From assembly GCF_001447785.1 (NCBI RefSeq), contig NW_015176494.1, positions 167,468 to 231,467 of the forward strand: a stretch of DNA of 64,000 nucleotides, in the 5' to 3' direction. Origin of the DNA: Gekko japonicus (Eukaryota). Below the pieces are notes generated by a model. That model did no database searches. It was given only the letters and a program-made list of their open reading frames with translations, and had not been told where the DNA came from. Below, piece after piece: positions 47,663 to 59,731 of this stretch (position 1 is the first letter of the stretch; each line of letters opens with the position of its first letter). The translations under genes and the position numbers were made by a program.

Positions 47663-47849
47663 GAAGCGGGGCGGCCGGAAGCAGGGGGCGGGGCTTCGTC
47701 ATGTGCCCCCCCTCCCCGTACCTCACCCGGGGGAACTGCGATCCCCTGCGATCCCCCCGAAATGACCTCTGGTCATATCTGTGAAGCATTCTGGTGCACA
47801 CAGTCAATTATTCGTCTGAGCACAAACTTGTTTATTTATACCATGCCAT

Positions 47850-48197
47850 GCGGTGGCTCAAGTGGTTCAGATGCTGAACTGCAGACTGGAAGGTCGGTAG
47901 TTCAGCAGTTCGAGACCCGAGTGTGCCGCATGATGGCGTGAGCTCCCGTCTCTGGTCCCAGCTCCTGCCAACCTAGCAGTTCAAAAGCAAGAAATTGCAA
48001 GTAGATAAATAGGTACCACTTTGGTGGGAAAGTGACAGCGTTCCGTGCACCTCGGCATCTAGTCACGCCGGCCACATGACCATGGAAACGTCTTTGGACA
48101 GCGCTGGCTCTTCAGCTTGGGAATGGAGATGAGTACTGCATCCCTAGAGTCGGATTCGACTGGCTTTCGAGCAAGGGAAACCTTTACCTTTACCTTT
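47850..48197 (+). mobile_element. Sauria SINE, near full length
   Basis: A-box GTGGCTCAAGTGG, B-box GTTCGAGACCC, (ACCTTT)n tail. Confidence 0.9.
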
Positions 48198-49780
48198 CTC
48201 CCCAATCGGAACCCAAAGGGGCCTACTACCTCACAACCACCATCCTGTGAGGCAGGTTAGGCTGAGAATGTGTGACTGGCCGGAGGTCTCCTAGCAAGTT
48301 CCCAGGGGAGAGTGGGGATCTGAACCTGGGTTTCCCAGCTCCTTTAAGCTGGCTCTCTAGTTTGTCAGTATATCTGAGCTGGCACAGTAGGATCTATGTT
48401 CTCCCTCCATACTGGGATTCCAAACCGTGTTTTGGTTTGCAATTCTGTTTTGCCAGTTTGCCAGTTCAGATAGAACAGGCAGCTAGGACTTGCACTAAAA
48501 TATGTCCACTAACTAGTTACTTATTTGCTTTGTTTCTGAAGGAGACTCAAGGTAGACTTGGAGCACACAAGGTGAGGAGAAGGGGGGGGGGGCCTGACAG
48601 AACAGGGGTTTGTTCACATAGCACCAAACCATAGTTTGGTCCCTTAAGCCATAGAATGCTGGTTATGATATTATCCATATCCAGATGTTATTGTTAATAA
48701 CTGGCTAAGGCCCAAAGACAAGTCTCTAAATAAAGGCAAACATAGTGGACTGGAAAACTTCTGGAGCATAATGAAGCATTCTGTTGGTATGAATTTTCTT
48801 CCAAATGCTTAAGTCTGCCAGTCAAAAGTGTAAAAGAGGCTCTATGAACAATAGTAATTTCCCCGGAGCTGTGAACTAGCAAACCTCCCAAGGTCACATG
48901 GACAAGAATATTCGAGACCATTTCTTTCACTTCTGGAAAGGAAAAGTACAAGTTTCTATACACAATGGGTTGGATCCTGCCACTTTTTTCATTTAATCCT
49001 ACCCAATCTGCCTCTGTGCTACAGCTCCCATCACACATGATCTCTGTACATGAGGATCTTATGAGCCCACAGCATAGTTCCAAAGGGAATCAGAAAAGAC
49101 TGAATGAGACGAACAGTGCAGTCCTAAAGAGAGAGTATAGCTCTGCTTAGGGCTGCACTGTGAGACAGAAAAGTAGAACTGCTGCTGTTTCATTGGCACT
49201 GTATGTAAGGGCCATTTCAGCCATTACACAGCAAACCGAGCTCACTGCTTTACTGTGTACACTTGATAGGGAGTGGCTTCCAGTCCTAGTTCTCTGATGA
49301 GTGATACAAGTGTATTCAAAATGGCTCCTTGCTGTATTTCACATTTATGCACTGAAGCCTTTTTTTAAAAAAAGTCTTCAATCAGCTACTGAAAATGAAG
49401 CTTATTGTATGCCCCAAACTCCTATTACAAGGACTTCAGCCTTCAGATCTAGTCCAGAGGTTTTCAAACATTTCCAGAGAACTCATATTTTGCTGAAGCT
49501 TACCCAGGTTCCTTGTTGTTGTTCAGTTGCACAGTCAAGTCTGACTCTTTGTGACCCCATGGGACCTCACGCCAGGCCCTCCCCGTCTTCCGTTGTGCTC
49601 CAGAGTTTGCAGTTAAATGGGATTGTAGAGGGTGGGTTTTCTAAAGAGTAGAGCCCTGGAAAACAGGGCTGTCTCAACTGAAACCAGACGGCTGGGGTGC
49701 ATTGTGGGATACTCTTAGTTTATCCATGGCCTTCTATGAACAGTTCTCTTCAACATACAGAGGTTCCTGAGCCAATATTT

Positions 49781-49997
49781 GGGGAGGGGCCATGGCTCAA
49801 TGTTAGAGCATCTGCTTGGCATGCAGAAGGTCCCAGGTTCAATCCCCAGTCCCAGGTTCAATCCCCGGTATCTCCAATTAAAAGGACCAGATGTGAAAGA
49901 TCACTGCCTGAGACCTTGGAGAGCGGCTGCCAGACTGAGTAGACAATACTGGCCTTGATGAACCAATGGTTTGATTTAGTATAAGGGAACCTCATGT
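49781..49997 (+). mobile_element. tRNA-derived SINE with duplicated B-box segment
   Basis: tggctcaatgttagagcat head; cccaggttcaatcccc repeated in tandem. Confidence 0.75.
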
Positions 49998-50089
49998 CTT
50001 CATCCTGCAAGAACTCCTTGTCAGAAAGAGTTCCATTAAGGTACAAGGCCTGGACATTAGAACAAGTTCTGAATTGCACAGTTCTCTCA

Positions 50090-50222
50090 TGCGCCTTGGT
50101 GTTTAGTCACGCCGGCCACATGACCACGGAAACGTCTTCGGACAGCGCTGGCTCTTCGGCTTTGAAACGGGGATGAGCACCGCAACCCTAGAGTCGGACT
50201 CGACTGGCTTTCAAGCAAGGGA
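50090..50222 (+). mobile_element. Sauria SINE fragment
   Basis: Conserved body. Confidence 0.8.
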
Positions 50223-50794
50223 GACCAGAAGTGCTAGATGAACTGCTCCAATGTACTCATGCTAGAGGATCTGTCCAGTGTACTGAAGGGAACTCAGTAC
50301 ATGTACAGACAACGGGTTCTCACTCCAACCAGAGTCACAGTAACTGCAAACCACTTGTGCTGCTACAAAAGTAACTAAAGGAACCAGTACAGACAGTAAA
50401 AAAAGACCTGTTTGATTTTACAAATCTTCCTTCAGTAATGAAATCCTTAAAATGTTTCTCCTTCCTTGTTCTTTTACTTCCCCTTTCAGCTATATCAACA
50501 GCTACGGTATGTTGTTCTGTTCACATATTTCATATGTTTTCCCCAAAAGCTCCTCAAAGAGCATGTCCACTGCTGCTCTGCACTTGAAATCTAGCAATTG
50601 TTGGTGTCCACTTTTAGTTATGAACCTGTCCATTTTCTGACAATATAGAAGTTGGTGAACTGTTGCCAAAGGAGAACCCAATATGCAAGCCAGAGATGCA
50701 CATTTTTAAAAAATGCTTCACAAATTGCTAAAAGGCCCTCTAACACTAGCCAAATCTAGGTTCAAGGATAATTATGCATAACTATAGAAACTTA

Positions 50795-51150
50795 GGAGCT
50801 GCAGGAGCTGCGGTGGCTCAAGTGGTTAAGACGCTGAACTGCAGGCTGTGAAAGGTCAGTAGTTCAGCAGTTCGAGACCCGGGTGCCATATGATGGAGTG
50901 AGCTCCCGTCTCTAGTTCCAGCTCCTGCCAACCTAGCAGTTCAAAAGCAAGAAATTGCAAGTAGATAAATAGGTACCACTTCAGTGGGAAGGTAACAGTG
51001 TTCCGTGCGCCTTGGTGTTTAGTCATGCCGGCCACATAACCACGGAAACATCTTCGGACAGCGCTGGCTCTTCGGCTTTGAAACGGAGATGAGCACCGCA
51101 ACCCTAGAGTCGGATTCGACTGGCTTTCAAGCAAGGGAACCTTTACCTTT
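50795..51150 (+). mobile_element. Sauria SINE, full length with TSD
   Basis: A/B boxes, ACCTTT tail, 12-bp TSD TATAGAAACTTA (50783-94 and 51151-62). Confidence 0.93.
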
Positions 51151-51742
51151 TATAGAAACTTAACCAGCAAGTCTTAGCAAGAATGCAGCTTTTCAAGTCT
51201 TTGAACCCAAGTTCCAGTGCAACAGAGAGCCCTTCTATCAGAATATAGGGAGAGATTGGTGTCGCTTCAAACGTTGCTTATTTTCACCCATGCAAAATGT
51301 CAGTTCAGTGGCCACCTCCCTCCCAGCTCCAGTTCAGCCAATATTTACCTTGTTAGCATTAGCATATCTGACAACACTATCAAGTCCCTTTCCTGGCAAG
51401 CAGGCAATCAAAAGCAACAGACTTCAGGCCGTTCATTAAGGACTTCTATCTGTCTCCCAGTTCACCAAGCAGCAGACTGCAGTGTGAGAGAAGAGGGGAA
51501 CAGGAGGAGGCAAAGAATGAACTCAGCTACAGAGCATTGGTGGCAACGAAGAACTGTGATCCAGCCAGAGGCAAAAAGACACAGGCCAATATTGAACCCT
51601 TGAGTTTAACCCAAGCAGCGGCAGAACTTTGGGCTCACTTCTGAATGGCAGAATGACAGAGAAGCCAAGGCACATTTATACTCACAGGGGGCTCCCACAG
51701 GAACTCAGAACACTTGGAAAGTCATGGGAATTTACTCGGGAG

Positions 51743-51946
51743 CAGTGTTCCTTCTAAGCTGAGTTAGTGTGAGCTAGCTCACCATTCTTTAGCCTCCGGC
51801 TCACATATTTGTCTTAGTTCAGGAAGGATGGCTCCAGGGCAAACTAATGTATGCAGTAGCCAAATCGCTGGCTCACAACTTTAATGCCAGTAGCTCACAA
51901 AGTAGAATTTTTGCTCACAAGACTCCTCAGCTTAGAGGGAGCATTG
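51743..51946 (+). mobile_element. hAT-type MITE family A
   Basis: TIRs; TSD CTCGGGAG / CTGGGGAG. Confidence 0.88.
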
Positions 51947-52289
51947 CTGGGGAGTAAAGTGGCAGCGAATTGGGCTCTACGGCTGCAAGGCCAGTCATAC
52001 TTGTAAATAAGGGTCCCTAAAACGTGCCTCTGCACAGCAGAAACAAACAGGACTCGGCTGCTTAACTGGTTTGTGTGGCTCAGCTGCTGCTCGAACGTGT
52101 AGCTCTGAATGTCTGCGGCAGTGAGAGAAAGAGACCGACAGAAACCGGTACTTGCCCCAAGCAACGGATCCTCCTCGGGCTGCACACCCTGCTCCGCCCG
52201 AAGCACGCACACGCCCGCTCCAACGCTCGGGGACCTCCGGTTGTGCGAACGGCTAGGATAGGAGGGCGCGCTAATCACGGTGGTGGAGT

Positions 52290-52795
52290 GCTGAGATACA
52301 TGAACCTATGCAGTCGAAAAGAGCAAGAGTCCAGTAGCACCTTCAAGACTTAACAACATACGTAGGACAAAGTTTGGGTCCAGTGGCACCCTTAAGACCA
52401 ACAAAGTTGAATTCAAGTTATAAGCTTTCGTGTGCAGGCACACTTCTTCAGTCATGTATGTGAAGAAGTGTGCGTGCACTGCACACGAAAGCTTATACCT
52501 TGAATTCAACTTGTCTTAAAGGTGCCACTGGACCCAAACTTTGTTTTGCTGCTTCAGAACAACAAAATATGTGGCAGGGGATGAGCTTTCCTGAGTCACT
52601 GACTGCTCACCTCTTTAGATACAGAATCAGCTGGCGCAAATTTTGTTAGTCTTTAAGGTGCTACTGGACCCTTGCTCTTTTCTACCGCTACAGACTAACA
52701 CGGCGACCCGTCTTGATGTAAGAAATGTATTGCATTTGAAAGTATTTGAAAAAGTGTGCGTGCATACAAAAGCTCATACCTTGAATAAAACCTAC
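52290..52795. mobile_element. cluster of Penelope-like terminal repeat fragments in both orientations
   Basis: Repeated and inverted gtccagt(a/g)gcacc...aagac and gctttcgtgtgcaggcacacttcttca motifs. Confidence 0.5.
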
Positions 52796-52904
52796 AGTGC
52801 ATACAATAATATTAACATTTTGCTTTTTGATGACTGATGCTATGACGGAAAGTAAGTTCGACCCCTCTCTCAACTATCCACCCCCTCGAATTTTCTCCTA
52901 TTCG

Positions 52905-53060
52905 CATTTCTGCGCATGCGTATTCTGAACCAGTGACCCTCGAGGCAACCGTGGTTGTAGACCGTCAGGATCCAGCCAATCAAGACTTCAGAGGGTTCTT
53001 CCGCCCTGTTTTGGCGACTGATTTGTCTTCTGCGCTTGCGCGCGGGAAATTTTGAACTCG
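52905..53060 (+). promoter_or_regulatory. CENPI: CENPI CpG-rich cell-cycle promoter: NRF1-like, CCAAT, E2F/CDE and CHR elements
   Basis: TGCGCATGCG 52911-20; CCAAT 52976-80; TTTTGGCG 53009-16; TGCGCTTGCGC 53031-41; GCGGGAAA 53042-49 followed by TTTGAA 53051-56. Confidence 0.75.
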
Positions 53061-53108
53061 GGAGCGGTTAGGAGGCCTTGAGGAGGATTGTTATGGTAGC
53101 GAGAGAAG
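53060..53108 (+). other. CENPI: probable non-coding exon 1 of CENPI (start approximate)
   Basis: Strong AAG|GTAGGT donor at 53108/53109 just downstream of the promoter motifs; matching acceptor tttttcctacag ends at 53932. Confidence 0.55.
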
Positions 53109-54042
53109 GTAGGTCTGGCAATAGTTGTAACTTTTTACATTATTTTTGTTGTTCTTGCTGGCTGTGGGAGCCGAGGGTTGCTGGGAGGTTTTTAAATATT
53201 TTCGATAATGGTCATGGGAGGGGCGAAACGCAGCCTGGGTTGAAGGGGAAGAAGGGGGTTGTGGGGTCAGGGGGGTCGCCCCAAGGCGAAGTTTGACGTG
53301 AGGGAAAGCAAAAGCCCAGCCCGAGGAGCTGGTGGCCCGAACTCCTGAGGAGGTCACCAATCTCCTGGGGGCCTTCTTGTACAGAGGTAACTTGCATAGG
53401 GAACTTTTCTTCTGGGTAGACAAATAGCGCCTTCTCCACCCATCACGTGTGTGGGGGGGAGTTTTTACTTTCCTGTGGGACATTTCCTTACATTTATTCA
53501 TTTAAAACATTTTCATCTTTCCCACCCGTTCAGGGCCCACAAGGCAGTGAACATAAAAACTATTAAAGCATCGAAGTAATTAAAAATGCAGTTACAGTTA
53601 TAACATAATTCAATATGATGTTGTTGCCCCATTACATTTTTTTTAAAAAATCGGGCATTCTGTGGCACTCAGGGTGCTACCTGTAATTCTTTCCTTCTCC
53701 TTTCATCCTTGCAGCAGCCCTGCAGATTAGGTTCGGCTGAGAGAGAAGACTGGTCCAAGGCCACTTGGTGAGTGTCATGGCAAGCAGAGATTTAAACCTG
53801 GATTTCTCAGTGCTGAATCCGTCTCTTTTAGCCTCGTTGTGACTCTGTTATTGTCTTTTGAGTTCTGCACTGAGGTATTGCTAGGTCACTGGGTTTGTTG
53901 AAATGCTGAAAAAATGTATTTTTTTCCTACAGATGCCTTTTGCTGCCCTTTTGGGATTTAGTCCTTGATTTATTGGCGAGAAGGGTTATACAGGCTTATG
54001 AGAATAATTGGACTTGCTGCCCTTTGTTTGGAATCAGACGGA

Positions 54043-54256
54043 ATGAAGAGAGGCGTAACTGCCAAGACTCCAAAGCAAGCTTTGACACATAGCTGTCAGA
54101 AACAAACAGATCTTTCTGCATGGAAAGCAAGTGTCTTGCAGACAACTGGTTGCAAAAATGGGCAGAAACCTACCGGGGATGAGCAGCAAACTGCCAGTGA
54201 TGATTTTGATCACAGGCAAGATCCTCTTGAGGAAGCACTGACCTATTTAAAGAAAG
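54043..54256 (+). CDS. CENPI: centromere protein I, first coding exon (exon starts 53933)
   Basis: MKRGVTAKTPKQALTHSCQKQTDLSAWK...QDPLEEALTYLKK resembles the avian CENP-I N-terminus (QTDLSAW, LEQALSYF). gtaag donor. In-frame upstream ATG at 53998. Confidence 0.85.
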
Positions 54257-54994
54257 GTAAGACCAGAAATGGGGTAAAGCACTCATGCCCTAAACAAGCT
54301 AAGGGGACCCCTGTTTATAAGTAAGAGCTATAATGGATATAAATTTGATGTGTTCGTAAATATGCTAGGTGGTATTATCTTATTGTTTTACATTATTAAA
54401 ATATATTCCTCCGTTCCTTTTGACTGTTTTTCAGTGTACATCCATGAGTTGCCTCAGTTAATCAAGTACCTTCCTTAAACATGACTCAAATTTGACTAGG
54501 GTATTAAGTTTTGTTTGCTCCGCTGAATTCCGCTGAATTCATTCCCTTCTCTCTCTGTTTCCTTCTTTTAAGGACTGTTCTTATTTATTAACAATACCTC
54601 TGAATTTAGGGTCATTGGCAGATTTTGTTAACATACACCCTCTTACCTTACCAAAGACACTAACAATAATTTCTCTGTCTGCATCGCTATTCAAAATAAC
54701 TTCAAAATGTTCCTATATTCTTTGGCAAGACCGAGGACAAAACTTAGGACAGGGTTGTGCAGACAGGGGCTGCTTCCTGAATGGCATTCACTGACTTTAA
54801 GGGACTCAGTTAACAGATTGTCATCTGGGATACAGCTGAAAAGAGGCAAAACTAGTTTGTCACTTAAGGCATATGAGTTACTATGAGCACACATGGACCC
54901 CCCACTTCAGTGGTATCTCTAAGTGTGCCTTTTTGCTTCCTCCCATATAAGTGAAATGCTACCATTCACTCAGGAAACGGGCTATCTTCTGTTC

Positions 54995-55870
54995 CAGATG
55001 GGATTGTATTCCCTCTTAAGGAGCAGGTTTGTACCTTTGGGCTGCTACTGGACAAGAGCCTCCTGTTGGATAAGCAGGTGGCAGTAGTGGCCAGGGGTGC
55101 TCTTCAGCTGGTGAGTCAGCTGCAACCCTTCATAGGCAGAAAAGATCTTGCCACTCAGGTGCATGCTCTGGTAACATTTAGATTAGATCCCTGCAATCAC
55201 CTGTATTGTACCTTGGGGCTGCTACTGGACAAGAGCCTCCTGTTGGATAAGCAGGTGGCAGTAGTGGCCAGGGGTGCTCTTCAGCTGGTGAGTCAGCTGC
55301 AACCCTTCATGGGCAGAAAAGATCTTGCCACTCAGGTGCATGCTCTGGTAACATTTAGATTAGATCCCTGCAATCAGCTGTATGTGGAGCTGCCTGTCTG
55401 GAAGCTTCAGCTGGTACAGAATGCTGCAGCCAGAGTGTTGAGTGGGTCATAGGGACCATATCACTCCAGTCTTGTTCCACCTATACTGGCTTCCAGTTTG
55501 CTTCCAGGGTCTATTCAAGGTGCTGGTATTGACTTTTAAGGGCCTGTCTGGCCTGAGACAAATATACCTTAAGAAGCTAGACAGATGACAAACTGAGAAA
55601 GGGCCTCAGTTCTAGGGACCAAAACTTTGGAACTCCCTTCCAGGGAGATTCGTCCATCTCTCTCTCTATCAGTGTCTTTCACCAGCAGGTGAAGAGTTTT
55701 TTGTTTCATCTGGCATATCCCCAATAACGGTTATTGGCTGTCCTTCTAGTGTTGTTCGTTTATTTGTTTTTAATTGAATTTTATGGTTTTAACTGTATTT
55801 AATTGCTTTAAAGTTTTTCTGTTTGCCAACTTTTAAATTCTGATTGAGTGGAAAGGCGGAATAAAAATGT
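54995..55870 (+). mobile_element. L2 LINE 3' fragment with 177-bp internal tandem duplication (55029-55383)
   Basis: LVTFRLDPCN, KLQLVQNAAARVL, HLYWLPV; the unit is repeated at 55029 and 55206. Confidence 0.85.
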
Positions 55871-56851
55871 TTTAAGTACATAATAGAAAGTGCTGTGCAA
55901 CATTGCAATGGGGGCCAAACACACTGGTTGGCCTGAATCTCATGGAAAATTCACACATCAGATCCTCCTCTCAGAAGCCATTGCAATATAGTCCCTTCTG
56001 CCTGGCATTTCCTGCTAGTTTTACTGAGGAGGGTTTTGCAGATGCTGAATATATGGCTGAGTTTTCAAACCAAGTTGAAAGGTTGCTTTTTGGCACAATC
56101 CTTTGCCAGTTCTTTTCTGCTTATACATGTTTTATCCAGTTGATGGTCCATATGCTGTTGTACATCTTTTAGATTTTCTGTGGCACACTAGCAATCAGGT
56201 CTAATCCACTGAGATTCCCTTGCCCAGGAAATAAGCTGTCTACTCCAAAATATCTTTTTATATGGTGTTTTTGTGTGCCATGATGATCTGTCTGGAGAAC
56301 CTTTGCATTCCCTTTTATCTTTTTATGGTCTTATTAGAGGAGATAGTTCCTTTTATGATGATGAAGTGTTTACAAATATATAAATAGCACAGACAGAGTA
56401 GTCAGGCAGGCAGCGCTGCTTACAAAGCAGCCTTGGTCCAATATCTTCTAGCTGTGTATTATACCCCATTACAAATACGAAAACTGTTAAATCCAATAGC
56501 ACCTCCAAAACAGAGCAAGGTAATGGGCAATCATGTCTTTAAAGTACTATGAAATGAGAGTGTACAGATTACAAGAAGTTTGCCAAAGAAACAGTCATGC
56601 CTACTGGTCTGATTCAAATAATAAGGCACAAAAGATTATTTAAATGGGGAATTCTACAGATGCCATGGAACCCTGGGACTGACTGGCTTTGTGGGGGGAG
56701 GTATTTTGATACCAGAAGCTGCAGGTAAAGCACTGAAAATACTGGAAGAATGCAGGTAAAATGGGCCATCATGCATGTGCCCTGAGAGACTGTTCATGAA
56801 GATGGTTATTAAAGTGTATTTTAATCCCTACATATTTTGACTTCTTTCTAG

Positions 56852-56986
56852 CTAAAGATCGCACTTCTCAAAAAAATGAAGTTCTGCAGAAACACTTAGT
56901 GACTGTGGAAAAGATTGCCCAAGAGAAAGGCTTGGCACCAGAAGAACTTGACATCTTGCTGAATATAGCACTGAGTGGCAAGTTTG
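56852..56986 (+). CDS. CENPI: CENPI coding exon
   Basis: AKDRTSQKNEVLQKHLVTVEKIAQEKGLAPEELDILLNIALSGKF; AG/GT boundaries, phase 1-1. Confidence 0.93.
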
Positions 56987-57158
56987 GTAAATAATAATTT
57001 GTTGGTCTTATCTTTCTCCCACCTTCTGGCATTGAAAAGTGCCTGAACATTGCCTTGACAAGTCCCTTAACAAGGACCTGACCCCTTTCTAGCTTGTGCT
57101 AGGTGAGCAATAATGAGGGTTTCTGGAGCTTTAAGCATCATGTGTTCATGTCTTCCAG

Positions 57159-57277
57159 CTGAAGTGGTAAGCACGCGACTGTTGAAGAACTTGGTTCCTA
57201 CATCAGTGATAACGGAGGATTCTGTCATTTCAGCTGTGTCTTGGCTTTGTGTTGGCAAGTGTTCTCGTACTACCCAG
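57159..57277 (+). CDS. CENPI: CENPI coding exon
   Basis: AEVVSTRLLKNLVPTSVITEDSVISAVSWLCVGKCSRTTQ; AG/GT boundaries. Confidence 0.93.
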
Positions 57278-57452
57278 GTAACATGTCAGTGATATCTTGT
57301 CTCTTAACAGGGATACTGTGGATAGCCTCTGAGCTGCTCAGCCAGACATATACTAGGCCATATATTTACATTTCAGCTCAGGCTATTCTTTCAGCATGAT
57401 CTGTAACTGGTTTATTGCACTGTCTCTGCTCTTCTTTTTCTCCTCCCCATAG

Positions 57453-57560
57453 GTGATCTTTTTAAAATGGCTAATTGCGATGTTTGACTTCATTGATCAA
57501 AAGGAGCAGGTGAATGCCCTCTACGGATTCTTCTTTGGCTTCCTACAAGTTGAGAAACTG
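57453..57560 (+). CDS. CENPI: CENPI coding exon
   Basis: VIFLKWLIAMFDFIDQKEQVNALYGFFFGFLQVEKL; AG/GT boundaries. Confidence 0.95.
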
Positions 57561-57759
57561 GTAAGATACAAGTGGATAGTATGTGATTTTGAAAGACCTA
57601 ACTTCTGCACTTTGATAAGTGGTATAGTATTTAATTCCTCTTGATGACCTTAAATAGCTCCAGTCCTCTGCTGTTCTATGAGAAGTGTTCTGCACTACTG
57701 TTTCCCATAAGTGTTATCTGAAGAGGGCTATTGTTCCAAACACATTGCATTTATATATT

Positions 57760-59025
57760 TCTTTATTAGATCTTTTAGTCATCATTCACCCAAAGGGTCT
57801 CACAGCAACTTACAATATTAAAACCACTAAAGTAAAAACAACATAAAAACAAATATAAAATATTAACAATAAAATATTAAACTATTAAAATCTGTGGCTA
57901 TCACCATACCAGTAATAAAAACAGCCCAAACATCGGCGGTTACCCTCCAAAGGCCCATCTAAACAATTCAGCCTTGCATGCCCTCCAGCAGGGCATGGAA
58001 GTCATCCGAGAGTGCATTCCACGGGGTAGGGGCCTCCATTTAGAAGGCCCTTCCCCTGGTGACAGCTAACTAAGCCATCCTGAGGCCAGACACTTGCAAG
58101 TGGCCCCTAGAGGATGACTGAAGGGAGCACGGGGGGTTGTAACAGAAGAGGCAGTCTCGTAGGTATGAAGGTCCCAGACCATTAAGGGCGTTTAAATGTT
58201 AGCACCAATTCCTTGAATTGGATCCGGGGAGTAATTGGTAGCCAGTGCAGCTGCTGCAGAATTGGAGTAATATAAGCTGACTGTGATGTTCCAGTCAGCA
58301 ACCTGGCAGCTGCATTCTCGACCACCTGCAATCTCCGAAGCATTTTCAAGGGTAGCGTAGAGTGAATTGCAGTAGTCCAATCTGGAGATTACCATTGCAT
58401 GGATCAATGTGGCAAGGTCTGACACAAAACAAATAAGGAGCCAGCTGGCAAGCCTGACGTAGATGAAAAAACGCTGACCATGCTACTATGGACACTTGTT
58501 TATCCAATGATAGTGCAGAATCCAGCCACACCCAAGGCTGTTTACAGAGTCTATACCTGTCATCTGGACACCATCAAATCTTGGGAGTGACCCTTCAACT
58601 AGCATCTCAGTGTTTCCCAGCCATGTGACCTCCATCTTGGATGGATTCAGCTTCAGCCAGCTGCCCCTTAGCAATTGGACTACCGCATCCAGGCATTGGG
58701 ATCGTGCTGAGAGCTCTGCCGCCGGCTGCTTATCCAGCAGGAGGAAGAGCTGAGTGTCATCAGCATACTGATGGCACCAAACCTCCTGAAGATCTCAACA
58801 AGAGGGTGCATATATATGTTAAATAACATCGGGGAGAGGATTGAACTTGGATCCCACAATTCAGGTCTCACCAGGAAGATCTTTCCTCCCCAATAGCAAC
58901 CCTCTGAAAGCGGCCCTGGAAGAACGAGGAGAACCAACTAAGGGCAGTGCCCTTTACCCCCAGGGAGGCAAGGTGGACCAAATGGTGAACTGTATCAAAG
59001 GCTGCTGATAGATCCAGAAGGATTT
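57760..59025 (-). mobile_element. L2 LINE fragment, decayed
   Basis: ILSPMLFNIY, WLKLNPSKME, SRLDYCNSLY. Confidence 0.85.
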
Positions 59026-59682
59026 TTCACTAAGAGCCTAGTGCCAAGATCAAAGTTAAATGAGGATTGGATAGTAATATATCCTAAGAAGAGTTGCTTA
59101 TGTATTTGTATAAACTATCATTTATATGTAAGATTCCAATCAATATATGCAAAGTTGACATCCAGAAGTTTAGTATTAAAATGAATACACTGAATTATAG
59201 GATATGAAATCGACTCCCATCACCCAAAGGCAAATTTATTATGCTGCCTTGTGAATTTGATTCAGGATATGGCCTTTGAAAATGGTGCTGAATTTATGAA
59301 TTGTGGCAGGCAGGCATACATATTGCTTATGGGAAAAATAATTTCTCGTTGTCTCAGCGTAGATGTACAAAGTGTGGAAGATAATTTAGTTAGGCTAGCA
59401 TATTATACACAATGTTTATGTTGTAATAATCCTTTAACAAATATGTTTCTTGAGCAGTGGATTCTTTTTTTAAATAATGTTCTGGAGTTATAAGGATGAA
59501 ATCTGACCATGTATTTTTCAATTGCCTGCAAAATCTTTGCAGGATATGTATTTGCCCGTCTGTTAATATTTCAGTTTAAAGAAAAAAACAGTTCAAGTGC
59601 TGAGTTAAAGTATATATATCTGTAGTTTGGGGTGGGAGATGCCACATATGCCAAACTAATTATTTGAATTGTGTTTTTGCAG

Positions 59683-59731
59683 TTTCCCTTTGCTTGTCAT
59701 GTGCTATATTTGCTGACCAGAAAAAAGAATG
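59683..59731 (+). CDS. CENPI: CENPI coding exon
   Basis: FPFACHVLYLLTRKKN(V); ttgcag / gtaag. Confidence 0.93.

Noticed and set aside
47430-47807. ORFs spanning the N run
   Set aside because: Artefacts of the assembly gap.
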